Part shown: positions 8,901 through 16,936 of the stretch, one piece after another
Numbering within the stretch: the first letter of the stretch is position 1
Layout of the letters: each line of letters starts with the position of its first letter
Source: Nitrospinaceae bacterium
GTDB taxonomy: Bacteria; Nitrospinota; Nitrospinia; Nitrospinales; VA-1
Reading direction: 5' to 3'
Assembly: GCA_046754465.1 (NCBI GenBank)
Contig: JBHHVU010000050.1
Coordinates: 1-22,904, forward strand
DNA length: 22,904 nucleotides
Made by a program: the position numbers and the translations under genes
The notes under the pieces: generated by a model
What the model was told of the DNA's origin: nothing
The model's database searches: none
Seen by the model: only the letters and a program-made list of their open reading frames with translations

Positions 8901-9680
8901 TTAATGTAAAGGTGCGAATCGCTTTTTAATAACCTCCCTGCCCTTATCGGAAAGGACCCAATCCAAAAATTCCCTTTCCGCTCCTTGAGGCGGGCCATAG
9001 GTGGTTAAATACAAAACTCTCCGGATTGGATATTTAGACTGATGGTCGAGCGGATCCTTTTCGTCTATTATGAGTGGTCTCACATGGTCGGTGGTTGCCG
9101 CAAAAGAATAGCTGGTATGGCCTATGCCATTCTTATCCAAGTCCACACTAAGGACAATCCTCCAATCCGGTCTCGTAACCCTGCTGTAAACCCCGTATTC
9201 CGAATCTTTCAAGATATGTTTTTTAAAAACATCCCTGGTAGCGGATTCCTTGCCGACAATATAAACCGTAATAGGTTTGTTTTCTCCGCCGACTTCTTTC
9301 CAGTTTTTGATTTTTCCTGAAAAAATACCTTCGAGCTGATCGGATGATAATTGTTTCACCGGGTTTTCACTGTTCACAATGGCAGTGAGTACATCATAGG
9401 CAAAAGGGATAGCGTAAAGTCCCCGGTTGACAAATAACGGGTGAATTTCTCTTGCAACGCCTCCAATGCCACACGTCTTTGCCAGGGGACATATTTCGCC
9501 GCCATTGCTTTCTGTAAGAACACTAATTTCAATATCGGCTTTTTTGTAAACTTTCGCTGCATCCCTGATAAAAAGTCCCACTGTGGATGACCCCTCGTAT
9601 TTAATAATCGGCTTCCCGGCAGCAAATGAGGGAACGCTTATTATTAAAAACATCAGCAGCAATTTTCCTATTCTTCCCAT
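8901..9680 (-). CDS. PstS-like periplasmic substrate-binding protein (PBP2 phosphate-like family)
   Basis: Signal peptide followed by YEGSSTVG, AYDVLTAIVN...NPVKQLSSDQLEGIFSGKIKNWKEVGG and YPIRRVLY motifs. Start taken at ATG 9680. Confidence 0.85.
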   Translation of the reverse strand: MGRIGKLLLMFLIISVPSFAAGKPIIKYEGSSTVGLFIRDAAKVYKKADIEISVLTESNGGEICPLAKTCGIGGVAREIHPLFVNRGLYAIPFAYDVLTAIVNSENPVKQLSSDQLEGIFSGKIKNWKEVGGENKPITVYIVGKESATRDVFKKHILKDSEYGVYSRVTRPDWRIVLSVDLDKNGIGHTSYSFAATTDHVRPLIIDEKDPLDHQSKYPIRRVLYLTTYGPPQGAEREFLDWVLSDKGREVIKKRFAPLH

Positions 9681-10292
9681 AACACAACCCCCCCCCAAAA
9701 AAAAATTAACCTGGATTTCCCATTTGACATTTAAAATCCTTTGAAAATCTGCCTTGATTAAGCAAATCGCCCTTTGAGACCAAAAATTTTGTTTGAGTTT
9801 GGCGGGGATTGGAACATTTATTTATCCTCTTGTGAATGAAAGCCTTTTTGAAAAGGAATTTTCCAATAATAGACCTTTTAAAAAAGATTCTTTCCTACTC
9901 AGAGGGTCAATCCTTTGCAAGATTGCTTCAAATAGGTCTCTGGGAACGGCGACCTTGGCCACGACACGCCGAGCTTTATTCCAACCTTTGAAGCCTTCCT
10001 CTTACTAATATAGTCGGGATAATTTATTTTTAAATGGGAAATGTGGGTTTATAATCCCTCTCCCTCAGGGGCACCCACGGGGTGACAGGTTGGGCGGGAG
10101 GGGCCGTTTAGGCGAATCTATAATTCGACCAATCAGCAAGCCCCATTCCATTTGTAGCTAAGAAAGGACTTGGACCCTTTATCCGTTCCGATACCAAGTA
10201 TAATACATTTTCTTCGTTAACCTGTATCTTGAATACCCCCTATACCATTACGATACCATCTCAGTGGAGAGCCGCCGCTGGCGACAGGCAGA

Positions 10293-10315
10293 CCCTTCGA
10301 CAAGCTCCGGGTGAC
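10293..10315. repeat. Single arm of a widespread REP-like palindromic element
   Basis: CCCTTCGACAAGCTCCGGGTGAC is one base different from the intergenic repeat arm CCCTTCGACAAGCTCAGGGTGAC (consensus recalled from memory). Confidence 0.55.
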
Positions 10316-10432
10316 AAGTTTCCAATTATCCTCAAATCAGATGGATTGGAAAGGGAAGGGGGGAGGGAGGCTTGGGGCGGAAAACAACGGGAGGGGGCAA
10401 TAGAACCGATGTTTTCCGCCCTTCACCCAAAA

Positions 10433-10942
10433 TCACCCTCTCAAGGGTCCGTCTATTTCGGTTTGGGCGATGTGGTTTATATAATTCGTGATGGTCTTCA
10501 AGGCAATGAGGACTACGATTTCATAAAGTTTTGCCCGGTCGATTCCCTTCGCTTCCAGGTCATGAAGGTCGCTCGGGGTCAACCAGCCCTTTTTGTCCAT
10601 GACCAGCCGTGCGGCATCCACGCAGGGAACGAGATCCTTGTCTTCCGGCACTTTTTCCTCTTGAATGATACGCAGGTCCTTGTCCTCGATGCCCACCATT
10701 TTTCCTCCGGTTCGATGGGCGGCGGTACAGTAAGAACATTCGTTGCGGACGGCTACCGCAAGTTGCACCGCCTGTTGTTCCCGGGGTGTTAAAACTCCTT
10801 CCGCCAAGAATTCCTGGGCTTTCAGATACAGTTTCGCGGGGACCGGGCTTTTGGCCATTTCTTTAATTACATTGGGAAGAAACCCGAACAGGGCTTCCGC
10901 CTCCTTAAAGACCGTATCCTGATTTTCCGGGGCAGTGGGCAT
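10433..10942 (-). CDS. Carboxymuconolactone decarboxylase / AhpD-family alkylhydroperoxidase
   Basis: FGFLPN, LTPREQQAVQLAVAVRNECSYCTAAH (CxxC...H) and TITNYINH motifs. RBS AGGAG. Confidence 0.9.
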   Translation of the reverse strand: MPTAPENQDTVFKEAEALFGFLPNVIKEMAKSPVPAKLYLKAQEFLAEGVLTPREQQAVQLAVAVRNECSYCTAAHRTGGKMVGIEDKDLRIIQEEKVPEDKDLVPCVDAARLVMDKKGWLTPSDLHDLEAKGIDRAKLYEIVVLIALKTITNYINHIAQTEIDGPLRG

Positions 10943-11222
10943 CCTATTCTCCTTGCGAAAAAGGGAGAAAAATTTTCTCCATCAAACTCTATCTCCCGGT
11001 CGGTGAAATTTTGAAATCCTTACATCCTTATTTATAGGATCGGGGATACTGACAAGGGCGACCCCTGGGTCTATTAGAGTAATTGTTTTAAAATCAATTG
11101 GTTGAATGTGTTTGGAGGTGGGGTCTTCTTTTTTCGGACCCTTTGATAGACGTTGCCAATCCCGGATCCGGTCGAGAGTGTTGGTATCTCCTTAAAAAAC
11201 AATCATTTTTTGGGAAAAGCGG

Positions 11223-11250
11223 TTGACTTTCGCTTATGTAGTGGTAAATT
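11223..11250 (+). promoter_or_regulatory. Putative sigma70 promoter
   Basis: TTGACT (11223-11228), 16-nt spacer, and extended -10 TGG-TAAATT (11242-11250). Confidence 0.45.
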
Positions 11251-11275
11251 GTAAAAAGACCACAATATATTGTAT
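11229..11275. promoter_or_regulatory. Tandem NrdR-box-like sites
   Basis: CCACAATATATTGTAT (11260-11275) matches 14/16 positions of acaCwAtATaTwGtgt. A weaker box with a good right half (TTCGCTTATGTAGTGG, 11229-11244) starts 31 bp upstream. Confidence 0.55.
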
Positions 11276-11496
11276 GAAAACATGGAGTGTTAATTTAAAT
11301 TTTATTGTTGATGGATATTTCTTCTTCCCGTTTTTCGGTAATGGGAAGATCCGTAATTTCATGCTGCTGAAAATTAAGGAAATCCAGGCCGGTGACGATG
11401 AATAGAACATACGGTTTATTAAAAGGTTACTTCTTTTTTCGATTCTAATGTGTTCCGCAATCCAGCCACCGGCCTCTTGGGAGGGTGTACCAAAAT

Positions 11497-12726
11497 ATGA
11501 ACATCCAACGATTGGAAAATAAATACAGTAGTTATTTTGGAATAGGCATCCTTATTTTTCTTTTAATTATTATCCCCAAGCCGGGCCAGGGGAATGTGTT
11601 ATCGGTTGATGTGATCGATCAAAAACAGGAAGAACTTTTCAAGGAAGGGCGGTATACCGAGGCGGTTTCGTATGCCTTGCAGGCCGTGGAAAGCAGGGAA
11701 TCCTCCCTGAACCCGAAAGATCCGGAATTGGCGTCTTCCCTTAAACGGCTGGCCGATCTGTATCGCATTCTGGGTGAATTCGAAAGGGCCGAACCCGTAT
11801 ATCAACGTTCTCTTAATATATACCGTGAATCCCTGGGGCCGAACGATCCCAAAGTTGGGGCAGCGCTGAACGGGTTGGCCCTTTTGTATTATCAAAGGAG
11901 TGAATATGACCGGGCCGAGACGCGGTTTTACAAGGTTCTCAAAATCTTTGAGAAGGCGTTTGGTCCGGCGGACCCCAATCGGTCGGCGGTCATCAACAAT
12001 CTGGCGAGATTGTATGAGGCCAAGGGAGCCTATCCCCAGGCGAAAAATTTATACACCAGGAATTTGGAGTTACTGACTCAGTCCCTGGGTCCCGATCATC
12101 CCAGCGTCGGAGCGTCCCTCAACAATTTGGCGCTGCTATATCATCACATCGGTAATTACGTGCGCGTGGAACCCCTTTACAAACGGGCGATGGCAATATA
12201 CGAGAAGGCTTCCATGACCCACCACCCCGACTTCGCGACCACCCTCGCCAACTTGGCCGATTTCTATCTGGATTTAGGCGAGTTCGAAAAGGCGGAACCC
12301 TTGCTTCTCCGGTCTCTGGATATCCGGGAAAAGAGCATGGGAATCCGTCACCCGGCCGTGGCCGACTCCCTGGACAGTCTCGCCAGATTGTATAAGGACG
12401 TGGGCCAATACCGCAAGGCGGCTTCCATGGTTCAGCGTGCGTTGAAAATCCGGAAAAGGACTTTTGGCCTCAAACATCCTAAGGTGGCCGATTCCCTCGA
12501 AACCATGGCGTCATTGTATAAGGATATCGGGCAATACGAAAAAGCCGATGTCCTTCTTTTGCGTTCGCTCAAGATTCGTGAAAACGCTCTCGGTGAGGAG
12601 CACCCCGATGTCGCGAAATCCCTGAACCAGCTTGCCGAGTTGTATGAGGACACCGGGGATTACGATCGGGCGGAAACCATGTATTACAGTGCGCTGAAAA
12701 TTATGAAAAAAAATTCTGGTCCCTGA
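11497..12726 (+). CDS. Exported or membrane-anchored TPR protein with 8 kinesin-light-chain-type 42-aa repeats
   Basis: N-terminal hydrophobic segment (YFGIGILIFLLIII) followed by 8 GPDHP-type repeats. Start is ATG 11497 or GTG 11485. Confidence 0.9.
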   Translation: MNIQRLENKYSSYFGIGILIFLLIIIPKPGQGNVLSVDVIDQKQEELFKEGRYTEAVSYALQAVESRESSLNPKDPELASSLKRLADLYRILGEFERAEPVYQRSLNIYRESLGPNDPKVGAALNGLALLYYQRSEYDRAETRFYKVLKIFEKAFGPADPNRSAVINNLARLYEAKGAYPQAKNLYTRNLELLTQSLGPDHPSVGASLNNLALLYHHIGNYVRVEPLYKRAMAIYEKASMTHHPDFATTLANLADFYLDLGEFEKAEPLLLRSLDIREKSMGIRHPAVADSLDSLARLYKDVGQYRKAASMVQRALKIRKRTFGLKHPKVADSLETMASLYKDIGQYEKADVLLLRSLKIRENALGEEHPDVAKSLNQLAELYEDTGDYDRAETMYYSALKIMKKNSGP

Positions 12727-13578
12727 TTCTTTTTTCCGGAAAAGAACGATTGTAATTCCTTGCCGCCCATTTTCGTAAAAATTTCATTGTGCGCCGGAAG
12801 GGTTTGGTTCCTATTCCCCCGCCCTCGGTGCGGCCGAGCCCGCACGATCAAAAAAAGATTGTCTGTCTAATCCTCCCTTAAAACTTCACGCTTCCTCTTT
12901 TTTTTTTAATCCGCCCCTCGCGAATTTTTGACCGTTGGGTATCGGTTTTGTCCCACCTGTTTTGAGTGAAACCTACGGATGTGGGGTGGCAAATATTAGC
13001 CATGGGGATAATTATTCCGCCTGCCAAACAAATGTTGTTATTTGCCTTGAAGGGAGTATAGTAAAAACATCCAAAAAAGAGGAAGAAATAAACTTGGTGC
13101 GAGGGGTTCGGGCATGATCCCCCGCCCTTGCGGGGTGGAGAAGTTTGCCACATGGAATGAAAGGTTGAGGTGCAATTATCAGCCCGTTCCAATCTCACCG
13201 GATTATTCTTGAGCTTGCGCGTTCTGGAAAGGAGGAGACGCGTCCCAAGTGGTTACCTGTGATCACCGGGGAAACAATTTTCCCGCCCGGTTATTTTCGG
13301 TGGAAGATCATGCGGCAGGTTTCCCACTCTCCAATGGATGTCCCTTTCCCAAGGCAGGGTTGTGTCTTGGGCTTCCAGCCTCTTCCCCAGGATTTTCCAA
13401 ACAAACCCCACCCCTATCCTTTAAGCGTTCTAACATTATCCGGCAATACATTTTTTCTTGACTCCCCCGGCGGCTGGGCAAAAAAAGGGCAGGATTCCTT
13501 CCCGTCGGTGAACGCTATCCCGGAAGGATTAATAATGCCAATTCGCTTGATTCCGGCGGCGGAAAGGAAGATGAAATC

Positions 13579-15564
13579 ATGAAGTCCAACTTGCGTCAAC
13601 GGATGGAAGAAGTTTTGTCTGAAAGTGAGAAATTGCATAGCACGATTCTTGATAACGCCTTCGACGCCATCATTTCCATGGATGAAAAAGGGATGGTGAC
13701 GGACTGGAACCGGCGGGCGGAAACCATTTTTGGATGGAGCGTGCAAGAAATCATAGGAAAGAAACTGTCCGAAATAATCATCCCGCCTCAATATCATGAG
13801 GATCATGAACGGGGTTTTCACCGGTTCCTGGAAACGGGGGAAACCCGTGTTTTGAACCGGCAAATTGAAATTACGGCCCTTCACCGCGATGGACATGAAT
13901 TCCCAATAGAGATTTCCATTTCCGCGTCCCAGTGGAGCGGGTCTTACATTTTTACCGGCATTATCCGGGACATTACGGAACGCCGGAATGCCGAGGAATT
14001 GGCACGGCTGAGAACCGAGGAATATAAAATTCTCCATGAAGCGGCGAAAGCGCTTCATGGCATGGAGAGTATGGAGTCGATGTTGAAGGGGGTCATGAAA
14101 ACCATCTGTTTTTCCCACGGACTCAAATTGAAATGCAGATCCGCGGTTTTTCTGGCCGACGAGAATGGCAAAACGCTGCGCCTTTTTTGCACCCTGGGCG
14201 ATTTTCCTCCGGATTTTCTCGAACGGGCCAAGGAAGTTCCCTACGCCGATTGCCTCCAGGAAATGAATGGGGCCTCCCCCGGGTTGGCGGCGATCAGGCA
14301 GTGTTTGATAGACCCGGATCATGAACAACAGTTCAAGGAGATGACCGGTCACGGTATCTACATAGTTCCTCTCAAGAGACAGAAACAGTTGATCGGAGTT
14401 TTGCTGCTTTACGGGGAAGAAGATCCCCCCCGCTTTGAACGGAACAAGGAAATCCTTCTTTCCATCGGCAACCTGATCGCCAATGCCATCGCACACCGCC
14501 GTAGCGAAAAATGTATTGAAAGCCTTTCCAAGTTTCCCGAGGAGAATCCCAGCCCTGTTTTCCGCATCGATGGGGAAGGACGATTATTATACGGGAACTC
14601 CGCGGCCGAGCCTCTTTTCCATCACTGGGGTTTTAAATGGGGCAAAAAAGTAACGAAACCCTGGGGGAGGCGGATTCGGCAGGTGTTCAATGCGCAAACG
14701 AGGCAGGAGATCGAGATTCCCTTCAAGAACAGGCTCTTTTTATTCGAAATCACCCCGGTTCCCGAAAGGAACTACGTGAATATTTATGGACGGGATATCA
14801 CGGAACGAAGGAAAGCGCAAAAGCAGGTTTCACAAAAAAACCAGGAGCTGATGGCGCTCAACGAAAAATTGAAGGAATTGAATGAATACAAAAACCAGTT
14901 TCTGGGAATGGCCTCCCACGATTTACGAAACCCCATTCAACAGGTTTTGTCTTACAGCGAAATCATGAAGGAAGGTTATTTCGGACCGGTCAATCCCAGG
15001 CAAATGGATGTCCTCGAGAAAATTTTCAATGCCAGTGAATTCATGCGGGCTTTGCTGGACCAGTTGCTGAATATCTCGAATATCGAACGGGGAAAAATTC
15101 GCCTGGAAAAAATCGAACAAGATTTCAACGCGGTCACTTCCACCCAGGTGGAGCTGAACCGGTTTCTGGCGGATAAAAAAGGGATCACCCTCGAACTCCA
15201 TCGGGGAGAGATTCCCCCGATCCGCTTCGATAAAAATGCCATCATTCAAGTCATGGGTAATTTGATCGGGAACGCCATCAAATTTTCGCCCTCGAACACG
15301 CGGATTTTTATTACCACCCAAAAACCGGGCTCCCAGGTCCGATTTTCCGTCCGGGATGAAGGACCCGGCCTTTCCGAGGCCGATCAAAAATTAACCTTTC
15401 AAGAGTTTAAAACTTTGACCGCTCAACCCACGGGCGATGAAATATCGACCGGATTGGGACTCGCGATCACGAAAAAACTGGTGCGTCTTCATGGCGGACA
15501 GGTGGGTCTTTCCAGTGAATTGGGAAAAGGGTCCACCTTCTTTTTTACGCTTCCCCTCCATTGA
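13579..15564 (+). CDS. Cytoplasmic sensor histidine kinase (PAS-GAF-PAS-HisKA-HATPase)
   Basis: PAS (ILDNAFDAIISMD...IIRDITER), GAF-like region (IVPLK...IGVLLLY), second PAS (ENPSPVFRID...GRDITER), H-box ASHDLRNP, N-box NLIGNAIKF, G1 DEGPGL and G2 TGLGL. No TM segment. Confidence 0.95.
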   Translation: MKSNLRQRMEEVLSESEKLHSTILDNAFDAIISMDEKGMVTDWNRRAETIFGWSVQEIIGKKLSEIIIPPQYHEDHERGFHRFLETGETRVLNRQIEITALHRDGHEFPIEISISASQWSGSYIFTGIIRDITERRNAEELARLRTEEYKILHEAAKALHGMESMESMLKGVMKTICFSHGLKLKCRSAVFLADENGKTLRLFCTLGDFPPDFLERAKEVPYADCLQEMNGASPGLAAIRQCLIDPDHEQQFKEMTGHGIYIVPLKRQKQLIGVLLLYGEEDPPRFERNKEILLSIGNLIANAIAHRRSEKCIESLSKFPEENPSPVFRIDGEGRLLYGNSAAEPLFHHWGFKWGKKVTKPWGRRIRQVFNAQTRQEIEIPFKNRLFLFEITPVPERNYVNIYGRDITERRKAQKQVSQKNQELMALNEKLKELNEYKNQFLGMASHDLRNPIQQVLSYSEIMKEGYFGPVNPRQMDVLEKIFNASEFMRALLDQLLNISNIERGKIRLEKIEQDFNAVTSTQVELNRFLADKKGITLELHRGEIPPIRFDKNAIIQVMGNLIGNAIKFSPSNTRIFITTQKPGSQVRFSVRDEGPGLSEADQKLTFQEFKTLTAQPTGDEISTGLGLAITKKLVRLHGGQVGLSSELGKGSTFFFTLPLH

Positions 15565-15706
15565 AGTCCACTCGTTAATCCTCCATTCCCCAGGAAATCT
15601 TTTGTGGCGGGACACCTCGACTCGTTTTAAAGTACCTTAAAAAGAACGAATGGCCAACGGGGCCGTTCGCTGTTTGACCCCTGGAAAACGATTTCGGAGG
15701 TGTACC

Positions 15707-16171
15707 ATGAAAGCTCTGTTTCAAACCGACACGACCTGGCACAACCTGATCCTCAGAATGACACTCGGTATCGTGATATTTCCGCACGGGGCGCAAAAAC
15801 TCATGGGATGGTTCGGGGGAAATGGATTCTCCGCAACCATGGGTTTTTTCACCGAAAAGATGGGGTTGCCGGTGGGGCTCGCCTTTCTGATCATCTTTTG
15901 CGAAGCTTTCGGCAGCCTGAGCCTGATCACCGGGTTGTTGACCCGTGTGTCCGCTTTTGGCCTGATTTGCCTGATGAGCGGAGCCATCTTCATGGTCCAT
16001 TGGAAAAATGGCTTCTTCATGAACTGGTTCGGACAGCAACCGGGAGAGGGATTCGAGTACCACCTGCTGGTGATCGGAATTTGCCTGACGCTGATTCTCG
16101 CCGGAGCCGGCAAATGGTCCCTCGACCGCATCATCGCCTCCTGGCTTTCCGGGCGGAATCCGGCTCCCTAG
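15707..16171 (+). CDS. DoxX-family membrane protein
   Basis: LILRMTLG..IFPHGAQKL.GWFGGNG, GFFMNW, GFEYHLL and GAGKWSLD motifs. RBS GGAGGT before ATG 15707. Confidence 0.92.
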   Translation: MKALFQTDTTWHNLILRMTLGIVIFPHGAQKLMGWFGGNGFSATMGFFTEKMGLPVGLAFLIIFCEAFGSLSLITGLLTRVSAFGLICLMSGAIFMVHWKNGFFMNWFGQQPGEGFEYHLLVIGICLTLILAGAGKWSLDRIIASWLSGRNPAP

Positions 16172-16472
16172 ACCCCCGCGATGACACCCCGAATGCCTCG
16201 GCCCCGGAAGGAAAGGCCGCACTCCCGGTTTCCGTTCCTCCCTTGAATCCTTCACTTTCATTGGAATAGGGAAGGTCCGTCCGCTCTTCCCACCGCGTCT
16301 TGCCCAACCTGGGTCCTCCCACGGTATTTTTTCGGGACACCTGTTATTGAACCTCCCACCTTTTAGATAACATTAACATTCTTTCTTCAAGATTTGTCAA
16401 TTTATCCCTCCACCGTAGGAATATTGACGTTCCGAAATCATTGTAAATCCTTTAAATATAGCGTGTTATAAT

Positions 16473-16488
16473 TGGCACGAAGATTGCT
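16473..16488 (+). promoter_or_regulatory. Sigma54 (-24/-12) promoter
   Basis: TGGCAC-GAAGA-TTGCT is a consensus match, upstream of the 16718/16933 operon. Confidence 0.85.
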
Positions 16489-16495
16489 CTTTATT

Positions 16496-16548
16496 TATCA
16501 ATCGTTTAGGATGTTGCGTTTTTTGACTCTCGGAAAATCAATGATTTA
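16496..16548 (+). promoter_or_regulatory. Two IHF consensus sites
   Basis: TATCAA-TCGT-TTA (16496-16508) and AATCAA-TGAT-TTA (16536-16548) both match WATCAANNNNTTR. Confidence 0.5.
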
Positions 16549-16717
16549 TCGCGGGTGAGTGATGATTTTTGGTCTTGGAGCCCAGCTGGCACGGTCCTGA
16601 CTAAATATTTTCAATTACAGTTTATATTTTGGGCTCCCGCGAAGAGCCGGGATCCGAACGATCCCAAGCCACCGTTCGAGGTTAATCTCGTACTAATTTT
16701 CAAGGGAGAAAGGAGTT

Positions 16718-16936
16718 ATGATCAAAGCAGTGACACAATACGTCATCATTTGTGACAACGCTTTCTGCGACTCGACCATGCGGGCGGGGGTGGATTTCCA
16801 TTCCTATGATCGAAGGGAGCAATTCAAACGAAAAGTGAGGAACCGCGGGTGGGCTGGAATCGCGGAAGATAACCAGGATACGCGCCATATTTGCCCGAGT
16901 TGCAAGGACTTTGACCTGGGGGTGTACAAAAAATGA
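16718..16936 (+). CDS. Small Cys4 (putative zinc-ribbon) protein
   Basis: 72 aa with the pattern C-x4-C...GW...H-x-C-P-x-C. Strong RBS AAGGAG. The stop overlaps the next start (ATGA). Confidence 0.75.
   Translation: MIKAVTQYVIICDNAFCDSTMRAGVDFHSYDRREQFKRKVRNRGWAGIAEDNQDTRHICPSCKDFDLGVYKK

Noticed and set aside
13240..13335. Glycine-riboswitch-like words on the minus strand (GGAGAG...CACCGAA...CAGG)
   Set aside because: The core CCGAAGG and CTCTCAGG motifs are missing and no suitable gene lies downstream on that strand.
13165..13461. Possible selenoprotein or small ORF (in-frame TGA before the 13249..13461 ORF)
   Set aside because: No UxxC/CxxU motif or recognisable family, and the sequence is not protein-like.
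13414..14496. 360-aa antisense ORF
   Set aside because: Lies opposite the well-supported histidine kinase and is a typical antisense shadow.
16587..16602. Second sigma54-like site TGGCACGGTCCTGACT
   Set aside because: The -24 element is good but the -12 GC is absent (TGAC instead of TTGC).
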